From a virus, in IMG/VR virus record IMGVR_UViG_3300034013_000676, positions 1 through 64,000 of that record: 64,000 bases of DNA, one strand, 5' to 3'. The position numbers and the translations under genes were made by a program. Positions 26,328-36,610 of this stretch are shown in pieces; the stretch's first letter is position 1, and every line of letters begins with the position of its first letter. The notes beneath the pieces are model-generated. The model did no database searches. It had not been told where the DNA came from and saw nothing but the letters and a program-made list of their open reading frames with translations.

Positions 26328-28013
26328 ATGAAAGTATATAATAAATGGGTAGGATACCTAGACAGAAATTACCAGGAAATAAAAAGAAAGGTATTAGATA
26401 GATTAGGGGAAAGTGTACCCGAGATAACAGATCACTCAGAAAGTAATATACTTGTAATTATTGTAGGTATATTTTCGGGTGTAGCTGAGATGCTTAATTA
26501 CTATATTGATAATATGGCAAGGGAAGCATTTATAACTACTGCAAGGAAATATTCATCAGTAGTTAAACTAACCAGGTTAATAGATTATAGGATTAAAGCA
26601 ATGATACCCGCATCTGTTGATATTGAAGTAAAATTCTTAAATAATGATAATACACCTTTTGTAACTACGACCGAAATTATATTAGCACCTGGTTTACAAT
26701 TTACAACCTCTAACGGTACCAGTTTTATAAGTACTCAAAATATAATCATACCGGTGGGTAGTACATCTATAAGTTTTCCAGTAAGTCAAAAAACAGTATC
26801 ACTTAATAACTTAATAGGGTACACAACATCAGACCCCGAACAGGCTTTCTCATTGGGATTTGATTACGTTAATGGCAGTGCATCATTAAAAATTGATACT
26901 ACACCCTGGAACTACCAAGAAACTTTGGGTAGGTCTAAACCAACTGATACAGATTTCATAGTTGATATTTCAGCAAGTAAAGAAGCCTATGTCAGATTTG
27001 GTGATAATATAAACGGTATGATGCCAGTAGCCGGTCAACCTATTTATGTAGATTACTATAAGAGCCTTGGTAGCCTTGGTAATGTAAATGAGGGAACTAT
27101 TAATAGAGTACCATCAGAATTAAATACATTATATGGTATACCTAAATCAACTGTAAACAATTTATTAGGAGCATCTGCTGGAACCGATTATGAGGATATA
27201 GAAAGAATTCGTAGGTCAGCTCCTTTATCCTTAAGAACTTTATTAAGAGCGGTAACCCGCCAGGATTATGAGGATATTGCATTGTTAGCACCTGGTGTAA
27301 ATAAAGCTAAGGTAAAATATGAATGCGGTAAATTTGTATATTTATATATCTCCCCTAACGGGGGGGGAATTTCTAGTACAGGTTTACTAACAGATGTAGA
27401 AAACTATTTTGAAAACAAAAAAATGGTAACTACCTTTGTCAAAGCTTTACCAGTAGGGGAATCTAATATAGTTATAGACATGGATGTAACTACTAAATTC
27501 AGAAGAGACCCAATCCAAACCAAAACAGATGTAGAAAATGCTTTACTAGATATGTGGTCCTATGATAACTCTGATATAAATAAACCTATAAGAGAATCGG
27601 ATATTATAGCCTTAGTGGATAACCTTGAAAAGGTAGACTACCTTAAACTCAATTACCTATCTGTATTACCCTATATGAGACCTTCTGGGGATATCAACAA
27701 TAATCTGGACCACACATTAACTGTTAACCTAGGTAGTACATCAATTAATAACTGGACATTGAAATACGATGGAGGTTATATGAAAATATTCAGGAATAAC
27801 CAGGAATTAGCTAACCTAGTGCTGGGTCAAACTTATACAGACCCACATAATATCATAACATTAAACCTAGGTTTAACCACTTACCCAATAGGTTCAGAAT
27901 GGACATTTAGAACTTTCCCAGTTAACAATGATGTAGTACTGGATGATTATTCTATACCGGTATTAAAAGGTATTAACTTAAACGTAGTAGTAACAGAACA
28001 ACTCTCAATCTAA
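26328..28013 (+). CDS. baseplate J/gp6-like wedge protein
   Basis: LNYYID..ARE.F..TA, VRFGDNING, RAVTRQDYE, PGVNKA. Confidence 0.9.
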   Translation: MKVYNKWVGYLDRNYQEIKRKVLDRLGESVPEITDHSESNILVIIVGIFSGVAEMLNYYIDNMAREAFITTARKYSSVVKLTRLIDYRIKAMIPASVDIEVKFLNNDNTPFVTTTEIILAPGLQFTTSNGTSFISTQNIIIPVGSTSISFPVSQKTVSLNNLIGYTTSDPEQAFSLGFDYVNGSASLKIDTTPWNYQETLGRSKPTDTDFIVDISASKEAYVRFGDNINGMMPVAGQPIYVDYYKSLGSLGNVNEGTINRVPSELNTLYGIPKSTVNNLLGASAGTDYEDIERIRRSAPLSLRTLLRAVTRQDYEDIALLAPGVNKAKVKYECGKFVYLYISPNGGGISSTGLLTDVENYFENKKMVTTFVKALPVGESNIVIDMDVTTKFRRDPIQTKTDVENALLDMWSYDNSDINKPIRESDIIALVDNLEKVDYLKLNYLSVLPYMRPSGDINNNLDHTLTVNLGSTSINNWTLKYDGGYMKIFRNNQELANLVLGQTYTDPHNIITLNLGLTTYPIGSEWTFRTFPVNNDVVLDDYSIPVLKGINLNVVVTEQLSI

Positions 28014-28780
28014 TGGCTTTTAACTTTAAGAATTTCATAATAGGTAACCTCCCTTACTACATTATAGCTAATGATAGTTATAAAGATAGTGAGGGTAAGG
28101 GTTTACTAGAAAGGTACCTAGGTGTATTCTCTGATTATATAGATGAGGATATATATCCCCAAATAAAGGATTACTTAAATGTAATAGATGCAAGTATATG
28201 TGATGAGAAATTCTTAAACCATTTATCAGATGTATTAGGTAACCCCCCAGATATATTTAAGAATGAACAACAATATAGGAATTTACTATCTTACATTGTT
28301 TCTGTTTATAAGATAAAAGGAACCAGGGATGCCTATGAACTATTCTTTAGTATTATAGGTTTTAAAATAGAAATCGAGGAAATACAACCAGACCTAGAAA
28401 CCTTTATATATGATGGTGAAGGACTATATGATAACCCTATAGAATATGATAATGGCCGATGTCAAGCATGCTCAACTTATAATATACAATTCTTTCCCCT
28501 ACTAGGGGATGGTTCTGCTTTAAACCTAAACGATATTATATTATTACAAGCAGCTATAGACTTCAACGAACCTATAAATGCTAACCTTAATACATTCACC
28601 TACATTTTAGAAGTGGAAGATAATATGTATATCACTATAACAGATACAGATGAGTTAATAGGTACTATCCCCGAATTATATGATACTGGCGAAATCTATG
28701 ATGAAGATAGCACACCTATAAATTCAAGCTCACCCCTAAAAGCAAGTTCAAGTAATCCTTCAAGTATAACCGAGATTTAA
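28013..28780 (+). CDS. baseplate wedge P2 gpI-like
   Basis: LERYL, FLNHLSDVLG, YKIKGT motifs. Confidence 0.75.
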   Translation: MAFNFKNFIIGNLPYYIIANDSYKDSEGKGLLERYLGVFSDYIDEDIYPQIKDYLNVIDASICDEKFLNHLSDVLGNPPDIFKNEQQYRNLLSYIVSVYKIKGTRDAYELFFSIIGFKIEIEEIQPDLETFIYDGEGLYDNPIEYDNGRCQACSTYNIQFFPLLGDGSALNLNDIILLQAAIDFNEPINANLNTFTYILEVEDNMYITITDTDELIGTIPELYDTGEIYDEDSTPINSSSPLKASSSNPSSITEI

Positions 28781-28792
28781 AATAATAAAAAT

Positions 28793-29986
28793 ATGGCATT
28801 ACAAGTAATTAATAATGGTAGTTATGAAGATGACCCATTAGCTGAAAGCATCAGGAGTGCTTTTCAAAAAAGTAAAGAAAATTTTGAAGAGTTATATACT
28901 GAGACAATCAAAATAACAACAGCGGTTAGTATTAGTACATCATTACTGGTTGGGGGTAAATCACAAAGTGGTAAAAATGTATTAATAGAAAATGGCACTA
29001 ACGGTATACAAATTGAAATAGTTGGTCCAACAAATGCCAACTACGTAAAACTGGGAACTGGTAATGTCCAATTTATACCCGGTGTTGGTAGGACCCTAGT
29101 AACTGTGGATGGTACAGATTCTATAATGGGTGCGGTAGGTAAAAGAGCTTTACTTATATCTCACGGTAACATAGATATGTTATATATACTTGGGACCGTT
29201 GATAATATAGCTACTGCTAACTTAATCTTTACAACAAACCGCTCTCATAACTTAGCCACACATAAACTAACTTTTACAAATGGGAGATTTGAAGTACCTT
29301 CAGTGGAATTACCAACAACATCCGCCACCTCTATACCTAACAAAGTTTGGACAGATGGTTTATTTCTTTACCTAACTAATAACCTAGGTATTAATAAACC
29401 ATTAGCATTTAACGAATTCACCACCCAAGTTATTTCTACTGGCGGGAATTATAACAACCTAGAGATTACAGCGGATTTAGTTGTTTTTACAAATACAAAT
29501 GCTCAGGCTATTATCAATGGAGTATGGGGAAAGTCAGATTTTCATATTTTAAATTTAGGCTCTTTTGAAGTTAGAATTAATCATAACAGTAGTAGCGTAT
29601 TAGGTTCAGGACAACCTATTATGTTACCAACAGCTTCTGGAGATATGGGTATTAAAGGTACGGCGAGGATTCTTAAAGCACCTACCTATGGTTATTTTGT
29701 TTCTGATACTTGGGGTTCTAGGTATAGACCTGAATTTTCAGGACTAACTGAAACCGAAGTATGTACCGTGAATCCTCAAAGCAGGGCAGAAACTATGAAG
29801 ATGAAAGAACTTTATGTATATAGAGATGCTCAAGCTACACCCATGACTAAAGCTCAATTAAACACAGCATACCCCACTGCAGAGAGACCTTTATTAGTCA
29901 TTTGCCCATTAATAAACACTAAATACGAACTTGTGGATAACAATACAAAAGATTGGTATGCTGCAACAATAACATTAGTACCATGA
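28793..29986 (+). CDS. tail fibre/appendage protein
   Basis: N-terminal INNG...D...ESIRSAFQK.KENFEELY virion-attachment-like motif; beta-rich body. Confidence 0.6.
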   Translation: MALQVINNGSYEDDPLAESIRSAFQKSKENFEELYTETIKITTAVSISTSLLVGGKSQSGKNVLIENGTNGIQIEIVGPTNANYVKLGTGNVQFIPGVGRTLVTVDGTDSIMGAVGKRALLISHGNIDMLYILGTVDNIATANLIFTTNRSHNLATHKLTFTNGRFEVPSVELPTTSATSIPNKVWTDGLFLYLTNNLGINKPLAFNEFTTQVISTGGNYNNLEITADLVVFTNTNAQAIINGVWGKSDFHILNLGSFEVRINHNSSSVLGSGQPIMLPTASGDMGIKGTARILKAPTYGYFVSDTWGSRYRPEFSGLTETEVCTVNPQSRAETMKMKELYVYRDAQATPMTKAQLNTAYPTAERPLLVICPLINTKYELVDNNTKDWYAATITLVP

Positions 29987-31251
29987 TACAATTAGGACAA
30001 GGGAAGGTTTTAACCATTGGAAATAAAGTCTTATTTAAAGCTGTGAATTCGCTATCATACAGAGTCAGAGGGAATAGATTCCCCTTTAGTTTTTATGCTG
30101 GATCATCAACTACACTTAATTCAATAGAGGCTTTTGTCTTTTACTCCAACAAGCCAAATTCTGTAACTGTGAGTTATGGGGATGGTGTAGTAGAAACTTA
30201 CGATTTTGTTCAAGAAGTAACTGGTATATGGAAATTTGGATGGAGGGGAATTGCAAATTATTACGGTTCCCCCCAATCTTATGATCCAACTATACACTAT
30301 TTCACAGATGGGGTTACCGCTGAAAGGACAATATCATTTGATTTTGTGGATTTAAAAGCTATATATTTTAACCCTATACAAGCAATTAGAGTAAGAAAAA
30401 CCCCGATAGAATATTTATTCACCAGCATAACATCAATAGCAATATCGCTTACTGTAGAATTTACAGATATTCCTATTATCTCTACCAATGTTACAACTGT
30501 AGATTTTGGAGAGCAGGCTGTAGAGACAAGATTGTTAAAAATCCCAGATCAATGGTTTGAAGCTAAAAATATGCAGATCTTTAGAGTTAGAGATAATTAT
30601 GATTTTACAGATAACATAAGTTCTAACCTATTCAAAATAAATCAGTGGAAAAACCTTACTGATTTAAGATTTTTAGGTTGTAGAATTACGCAATTACCCC
30701 TTGAGTCTATAAATGAGTTGACGAATTTAATTATTCTAAATTTAGAAGGAAATAGGTTTACTGCAATTCCCCCAATAGGTAGCCTACCTAACCTAACTCA
30801 ATTACCCATGTTTGGAAATTCTTTAATTTCCAGCCCTGTAATACCTATATGGAATTTCCCTAAACTGGCGAGCATACAATGGAATTTTACATCTTCTACT
30901 GTAAGATTAAATTATTCAACTATACCAACAAGTTGGGCGGGATTATTCAGTTTAACAAGTGTTGATGCTTTCTGGAGAGACAACGCTCATTTTAATGAAT
31001 TTATAGATGCTTTTTATATACTAGTCACTAATGGTGCTAGTATTACAGCTGGAGGAGCACCCACCCCCTATCCTAATAGGTTTAGGAATATTTTTTGGGG
31101 TAAATCCACTCTAAGTTTTACGGGTGCTAAAGTTGCTCCAACTGGATATGTTCAGGGTGTTTCAAATGGTACACCAACAACTCAAGGTCAAAAAGCCTAT
31201 GTTCTACAAACCCAATACAATCATACAATAACTCACGGAACCCCAATTTAA
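29983..31251 (+). CDS. leucine-rich-repeat protein in the tail module
   Basis: LxxLxLxxNxF repeats (LTNLIILNLEGNRFTAIPPIGSLPNLTQLPMFGNSL); ATG at 29983 overlaps the upstream stop. Confidence 0.7.
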   Translation: MIQLGQGKVLTIGNKVLFKAVNSLSYRVRGNRFPFSFYAGSSTTLNSIEAFVFYSNKPNSVTVSYGDGVVETYDFVQEVTGIWKFGWRGIANYYGSPQSYDPTIHYFTDGVTAERTISFDFVDLKAIYFNPIQAIRVRKTPIEYLFTSITSIAISLTVEFTDIPIISTNVTTVDFGEQAVETRLLKIPDQWFEAKNMQIFRVRDNYDFTDNISSNLFKINQWKNLTDLRFLGCRITQLPLESINELTNLIILNLEGNRFTAIPPIGSLPNLTQLPMFGNSLISSPVIPIWNFPKLASIQWNFTSSTVRLNYSTIPTSWAGLFSLTSVDAFWRDNAHFNEFIDAFYILVTNGASITAGGAPTPYPNRFRNIFWGKSTLSFTGAKVAPTGYVQGVSNGTPTTQGQKAYVLQTQYNHTITHGTPI

Positions 31252-31262
31252 TTAATAATAAG

Positions 31263-31892
31263 ATGATAAAAACAAGATTCAAACAAACGGAGGCTTTAAC
31301 CCAAGTGGAAGGGTTTAAATCAATGATAGAAAGCCAAGAAGTAATACTTGCCGAGCTAGAATTACCTGAGATAATCGATATGCCAACCTATAACCAGGTT
31401 CTTAGAATAAAGGATGTTAACGTTGCTACTTCTGTAGAATATGTTAAGTTATCCCCCAAAAGGGTATTAGTCCATAAGGTGACTGGTAAAGAATTAAAAC
31501 TGGATTTATTTGTACCAGATTGGACAATAACTAAGGACAATGTTAGTTCTTACATTAATGAGTTAGGTGAAAGGGTAATGTTTGAGAGAGAATATTATAA
31601 TGATGAAACAGAAGAAGTTGTAACTACTGAAGTTGTAATGGTACCTAGGGTGGATGAAAACGGTGAACAACTTAGGGATGATAATGGTGACCTAATAGTA
31701 GATGAAGTTACCCAGGACCTACCCGAACTAGAGCCCGAGGCATACCTATTACCAACGATCCCCTACCTAATGTTTATCACTAAGCAAATTGTATTACCTG
31801 ATTTAATACAATTATTCTCAGCACAGTTTATCCAAGATAATTTTGATATCTGGAGCAACCTTGAAGGTAGTACTCATATAGCAAAACCATAA
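31263..31892 (+). CDS. hypothetical acidic protein (fibre-associated?)
   Basis: ORF track; position. Confidence 0.6.
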   Translation: MIKTRFKQTEALTQVEGFKSMIESQEVILAELELPEIIDMPTYNQVLRIKDVNVATSVEYVKLSPKRVLVHKVTGKELKLDLFVPDWTITKDNVSSYINELGERVMFEREYYNDETEEVVTTEVVMVPRVDENGEQLRDDNGDLIVDEVTQDLPELEPEAYLLPTIPYLMFITKQIVLPDLIQLFSAQFIQDNFDIWSNLEGSTHIAKP

Positions 31893-31895
31893 AAA

Positions 31896-32300
31896 ATGGG
31901 TTATATATTAGCTTACATTGCTATAGGACTATTTACATTAGTTTATATAATAGATGGGTTTATAATATTGCTATGTAATGTAAAAGGTAGAAAATGGTAC
32001 AAAATTACTTCTCAAAGAAGTAGAACCAAAGCTTTTAAAACTGACGTTATAGCTAACTGGTTGTTTCCCGATACTTGGACATTCTTATTTAGTTGGAAAG
32101 GTGGATATAAATTTGGTAAATTTGGAGAAAGTTTATCAAGCTGTTTAGGTAAAAAAAAAATAGACAAAACATTAAGCTGGATCGGTTTGTTTTTCTATTG
32201 TGTTTTATACTGTTGTGATTGGACCGCTTGGGGAAAAGGTGGTCATTGCTTCGTATCAATAATGAGCGAAGAAGAGATAAAAGATTTTATAAATAAATAA
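31896..32300 (+). CDS. membrane protein (FG..GESLSS.LGK type)
   Basis: Hydrophobic helices; motif common next to phage lysis genes. Confidence 0.6.
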   Translation: MGYILAYIAIGLFTLVYIIDGFIILLCNVKGRKWYKITSQRSRTKAFKTDVIANWLFPDTWTFLFSWKGGYKFGKFGESLSSCLGKKKIDKTLSWIGLFFYCVLYCCDWTAWGKGGHCFVSIMSEEEIKDFINK

Positions 32301-32311
32301 CATTAAACACT

Positions 32312-32695
32312 ATGAAAACATTCATTGAGAACAATTGGCACAGACATGCCTTATTAATTTTATTAACCACTTTATTCATGTGGGGATTCAGTCAATCGGA
32401 AGATGATTGGTGGTATACAACATTTTGGGGTTACCTATTTAGCGCTGTAATATCAACAATGGTTGGTTCTGCAATTGCTGCAGTTATTGAATGGGGGCAA
32501 AGCGTTTTTATGGGAGCACATAAAGGGAAAGAAGGGGTTAAAGCAAGTAATATGGATTGGGTAGCCAGCACTATACTTGCGGCAATAGGAACTATACTCT
32601 TTTTCATATTCAATGAAATAACCCTGATAATAATCACTTTGGTATTTGTAGGTGCATGTGAAATATACAAACAATCAAATAAGAAAGATGAGTAA
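32312..32695 (+). CDS. multi-pass membrane protein
   Basis: Three to four hydrophobic segments. Confidence 0.6.
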   Translation: MKTFIENNWHRHALLILLTTLFMWGFSQSEDDWWYTTFWGYLFSAVISTMVGSAIAAVIEWGQSVFMGAHKGKEGVKASNMDWVASTILAAIGTILFFIFNEITLIIITLVFVGACEIYKQSNKKDE

Positions 32696-33242
32696 ATTAA
32701 CCAAAGCAGATAAACGGGTCCTATCATCGGAATTTAACCTACCGGTTAAATCAATTGAAACTATCGTAGCAATTGAAAGTGGTGGTAGAGGATTTGATAC
32801 CGATGGTAAAATCATTATTCAATTCGAACCAAGTTGGTTTAAAAGAAAATGGTTACAATGGACTAAATCAATTGGGCCTTGGGCTTCTAACGGAGTAGAG
32901 AACCAAACTAGGGAATGGTTAGCATTTAACGATGCATTCAAAAGAAACCCCACAGCAGCTATGGAAAGTACATCAATCGGACTAATGCAAGTAATGGGTT
33001 TCCATTATAAGTTATTGGGATTTGCAACGGTTGGTGCTATGTGGGATTATGCTGAACAAGGAGAATACCAACAACTAAGGTTGGGGTTACTTTTCATAAA
33101 GAATAATCGTAAAATGTATGGGGCAGCAAAGGATTTCTCTAAAATGAGTAATTGCGAAACATTTGCATATTACTACAACGGTTCAGCTTACAAAAAATAC
33201 AACTACCATAACAAGTTGTATAATTATAATCGTTCACTATAG
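32688..33242 (+). CDS. endolysin, N-acetylmuramidase (DUF3380-type)
   Basis: AIESGGRGF, IQFEPSWF, STSIGLMQVMGFHY, YYNGSAY; ATG at 32688 preferred. Confidence 0.9.
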   Translation: MSKLTKADKRVLSSEFNLPVKSIETIVAIESGGRGFDTDGKIIIQFEPSWFKRKWLQWTKSIGPWASNGVENQTREWLAFNDAFKRNPTAAMESTSIGLMQVMGFHYKLLGFATVGAMWDYAEQGEYQQLRLGLLFIKNNRKMYGAAKDFSKMSNCETFAYYYNGSAYKKYNYHNKLYNYNRSL

Positions 33243-33261
33243 AAAGGAGGTGGTATTAACT

Positions 33262-33296
33262 AAAAAGGGCAACTTTAAAAGGTTTGCCCTTTTTTT
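33262..33296 (+). terminator. intrinsic terminator after endolysin
   Basis: AAAAAGGGCAA / TTGCCCTTTTTTT. Confidence 0.8.
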
Positions 33297-33309
33297 AATT
33301 TAATAAAAA

Positions 33310-33693
33310 ATGAAATACGATAATATAACCGGGGGAACTGAGACAATAGAAATTATTAACCAAGTTTCAACTGATAAAACTGGGAATAACATAGTAATGA
33401 AGTTATTACTTAATTCTTTACCAGGCCCAGTACAATATAAATTAGATACATCATATATAAAGATTACAATAAAGGAATCAGACGGTTCTTTAATATATGA
33501 GGTAACTAAATTTATAAACCTAATTTCACCCGATATCTTCAATATAATATTCACTAAAGAATTTCCAACAGATACAGAGGACCTACTAGTATCTGTTGGG
33601 GGTAGGATTTTCCTAACCAACAATACCTTTTATGACTTTAATAAAGATAACCTAGGTGAACTAGAAAACATAAACTTTAATTTCTTGATATGA
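33310..33693 (+). CDS. hypothetical protein
   Basis: ORF track; ATGA overlap with the holin gene. Confidence 0.6.
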   Translation: MKYDNITGGTETIEIINQVSTDKTGNNIVMKLLLNSLPGPVQYKLDTSYIKITIKESDGSLIYEVTKFINLISPDIFNIIFTKEFPTDTEDLLVSVGGRIFLTNNTFYDFNKDNLGELENINFNFLI

Positions 33694-34292
33694 AACCCCC
33701 GATTGAAACCTTCCTAAGCCTAAAGAAAACAGTAAGCAATATATTCTATGACTTAGTTTACAACCTACTCGTCTTAGCAGATGAGCAAAGTAATTATTTG
33801 GATAGAGTTATCGCTTTCTTCAAAATACTCTTTGCATCTAGTCCAGCTATATTCCTATTTAATATAATAGGAGGCTGGTTTAATAGTAATAAGGAGTTCT
33901 CTACCTACGTTATATTATGTATATTAATAAATATGGCAGTAGGTGGTTGGAGACATCATATAGGTAAGAAAGGTTTTTCATGGTGGGAATTATTAAAGAA
34001 GACGGGTTTAATGTTCTTAGTATTATTAGCTGTTTACACAGTTTTGGAGATGATACTAAAAATTGCTAAAGAGAACATAGTAACTGAGACATTTAGAGTA
34101 GCTCTACAGGTATCCACACTTATGTATCCGGGCTCTAAACTATTTAAATCAGTTTTCATATTGACCAAAGGGGAATACCCTCCAGAATGGATAATGGCTA
34201 GGTTCTATAAGTTCAATAAGGATGGTGATTTATTAGACTTATTTAATAAGAAAGCAGAAGATAAACTAGATAAGCAAGAAGAAAATATTTAA
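33690..34292 (+). CDS. holin (putative)
   Basis: About three transmembrane helices; charged C-terminus; YPPEWIM.RF motif; near the endolysin. Confidence 0.7.
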   Translation: MKPPIETFLSLKKTVSNIFYDLVYNLLVLADEQSNYLDRVIAFFKILFASSPAIFLFNIIGGWFNSNKEFSTYVILCILINMAVGGWRHHIGKKGFSWWELLKKTGLMFLVLLAVYTVLEMILKIAKENIVTETFRVALQVSTLMYPGSKLFKSVFILTKGEYPPEWIMARFYKFNKDGDLLDLFNKKAEDKLDKQEENI

Positions 34293-34302
34293 ACTAAATT
34301 AA

Positions 34303-34707
34303 ATGGAAACTAGAATTAATTTAAACATACAAGGGGAAGTTAATTTATTTATAAATGATAAAGTTATTTATAAAGATAATAACAGTATAACTGGTGACAG
34401 TTTACAAATCCTTATGATGTCATTGGCCAAGGTACCAATAGAAACCCATATCGATAGGATTATAGTTAAAGGGGATTTTGATGATGTAATTACCCCTATA
34501 ACAAATTCCATTTTTAATGCAACCGAGGGTAGTATTACATTCATCGGTAAAATTGAAACATCCCAAGCTATAGGAACTATTTCTGAATTAAACCTAAACA
34601 CAAGTACACTGGATAAAAACCTGGCCACTAAGGTTGGTATGACAGTAGTAAAGAACAGCACAGTCGAAATCGAGATACGATGGAAGATAACCATAATTAA
34701 TTGTTAA
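34303..34707 (+). CDS. baseplate/fibre attachment protein (putative)
   Basis: GEV....K.NNSIT, GTISELNL, IRWKITI pattern. Confidence 0.5.
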   Translation: METRINLNIQGEVNLFINDKVIYKDNNSITGDSLQILMMSLAKVPIETHIDRIIVKGDFDDVITPITNSIFNATEGSITFIGKIETSQAIGTISELNLNTSTLDKNLATKVGMTVVKNSTVEIEIRWKITIINC

Positions 34708-34719
34708 AAACAAAGTAAT

Positions 34720-35850
34720 ATGCAAAAAGTATTTATAACATACAGAGAGAATGTAGAATCCCAACCACTTGGGGAATTACATGTAGGATTCCTTAAACCT
34801 GGAAGATACAATGGCTTCAGAACCTTGTCAGCAGTATCGGGATTAAACCTAAGTATAGGACATGATCACCCCCAAACAGTTAAAAAGAATGTAGCTGGGT
34901 ATAATCATTTCGGGGCTATCGTAACTACAAATGGGTCTATTGTACATGAGTCAGACCCAATCAACGTTACACTAGATACAAATTTTGGTAATGAGAATGA
35001 AAGGTTTGATCTATTATTATGTGAACACCAATATGTATCAATCATTGGGGGTCAGCCAGCAACTTACACTGTTATCAAAGGAGCTTACGATGGCTCAGTA
35101 CCAATTATCCCAAACCCAGAAAAACAAGTACTGATAGGTACATTTAGGTTAGCACCAGGTGCCTACAATATTGCAACTGGTATAACCTACACACCAGAGG
35201 TAGCTAAGTTACCTGGGGATATGACACAGGATGAATTATCCTTAGCAATAGTTGATGCTACTACTTTGGTTAAAGGCGTGGTAAGGTATGCAACAGAAGC
35301 AGAAGCAATAGCAAGGGTTAATGACCTATTAGCTTTAACACCAATTACCTTAATGGCAATGCAGGCTACTCAAACTTTAAAAGGGGTAGCTGAGATAGCA
35401 ACACCAGAAGAAGCAATAGCGGGAACAGACAATGAGAGGATAGTTACCCCTTTCTTATTAAAAGCTGGTAGAGGTAAGGTAAACCTATCATCAACGGTTT
35501 TACCATCTGGTCCCCAGGATTTTATAGTAACACCAGAGATGGATGGTCAACACGTTATAATAAGACAGGCTTTTGGACCGGGTGGAGAAGTAGAGGTAAA
35601 AGTACCGGTTGATTTACCTCAGGGGACATCACTAACAATTGTTAATAACAGAGCGGGTGGAGACATACCAATATCCTGGTTATCACCTACAGGTCTTAGT
35701 CTTATATACATGATAGCTGGTAAAACTGCTAGTATAAAATATGGGGGTACTGTAAATATATTATCTACTCACAATCCAAACCCAAGTGATCCTTTGGCAA
35801 TATCAATACCGACAATGTTTCTAACAGGTGACTTAGGTGATTCTGATTAA
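34720..35850 (+). CDS. tail fibre protein
   Basis: Two ATT..KGV...AT..EAIA repeats with ITP/VTP, as in T4 gp34/gp12-type fibres. Confidence 0.75.
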   Translation: MQKVFITYRENVESQPLGELHVGFLKPGRYNGFRTLSAVSGLNLSIGHDHPQTVKKNVAGYNHFGAIVTTNGSIVHESDPINVTLDTNFGNENERFDLLLCEHQYVSIIGGQPATYTVIKGAYDGSVPIIPNPEKQVLIGTFRLAPGAYNIATGITYTPEVAKLPGDMTQDELSLAIVDATTLVKGVVRYATEAEAIARVNDLLALTPITLMAMQATQTLKGVAEIATPEEAIAGTDNERIVTPFLLKAGRGKVNLSSTVLPSGPQDFIVTPEMDGQHVIIRQAFGPGGEVEVKVPVDLPQGTSLTIVNNRAGGDIPISWLSPTGLSLIYMIAGKTASIKYGGTVNILSTHNPNPSDPLAISIPTMFLTGDLGDSD

Positions 35851-35875
35851 TATTAAATAAAGAGAAAACAAAGAT

Positions 35876-35912
35876 AAAGGCTAAGCCGGATTTAATTCCA
35901 GTTTAGCCTTTT
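35876..35912 (+). terminator. terminator of the structural operon, overlapping the end of the convergent gene
   Basis: AAAGGCTAAGC...GTTTAGCCTTTT hairpin. Confidence 0.6.
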
Positions 35913-36513
35913 CTATTGCGTTATTAATTTCTTTACGAAGGTTTCTTATCATCTTAATATTCTTAGCTATATTATCTAAACCAAAATATTCAAGGATTAA
36001 ATATATGGGGATATTAGAATTGGATTTAGTGATACGATTTAAAATAAACGGTGGGGGGTTTAATTGGAGATTTAATAACATAAAAGCATTGTCTGATAAT
36101 TCCTTCTTCATAAACTCGGTGGCTATATCAAGGAATAATTCACCAGTAGTAATATCTTCTTTATCTGCTATATAATTTATAAGCATACTTTCCCCCTCTA
36201 AATCAACAGTATTAGAGTAGAAAACTCCCTCTCCAGAATAGGCTTTCCTAAGTACTCTTAATTTAAAAGTTTTAAGTGAATTTATTAAGGTACCTTTAAG
36301 ATGACCTTCTTCAAGGTTATTGAAATGTTTATTGAAAACGAATATGAACTTATCGTCAAACCAGGATTCTATAATATCCCGGGTAACACCATATCTTCTG
36401 TGGTCTATTTCGTAAGCTAACTTCTTTTTCAATGGTGTGATTTCTTTGTAGAGTTTCTCAAAAAGTTCTAGAGAGTAACCCTCTTTCATAGGTAGTAGTC
36501 TATGGTTTTCCAT
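35881..36513 (-). CDS. phage RNA polymerase sigma-factor-like protein
   Basis: ECF-sized (210 aa); region-2-like FEKLYKEITPLKKKLAYEI...LKGTLINSLKTF.LRVLRK; region-4-like LSDNAFMLL...EYFGL...INNAIEKAK. Confidence 0.6.
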   Translation of the reverse strand: MENHRLLPMKEGYSLELFEKLYKEITPLKKKLAYEIDHRRYGVTRDIIESWFDDKFIFVFNKHFNNLEEGHLKGTLINSLKTFKLRVLRKAYSGEGVFYSNTVDLEGESMLINYIADKEDITTGELFLDIATEFMKKELSDNAFMLLNLQLNPPPFILNRITKSNSNIPIYLILEYFGLDNIAKNIKMIRNLRKEINNAIEKAKLELNPA

Positions 36514-36544
36514 TATAATGATTGAGTTTTTAATAATTAGACTA

Positions 36545-36552
36545 CAAATATA
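36545..36552 (-). promoter_or_regulatory. host-type -7 element for the sigma-like gene
   Basis: TATATTTG on the minus strand, about 32 bp before the start; no GTGTT box. Confidence 0.65.
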
Positions 36553-36597
36553 TAAAAATAATATTAATAAAAAAAATTATTATATAAGATACTAAAA

Positions 36598-36610
36598 ATA
36601 CTATACTATC
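36598..36610 (+). promoter_or_regulatory. RTACTATW putative phage promoter (replication operon)
   Basis: ATACTATACTATC, 44 bp before ATG 36642. Confidence 0.55.
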
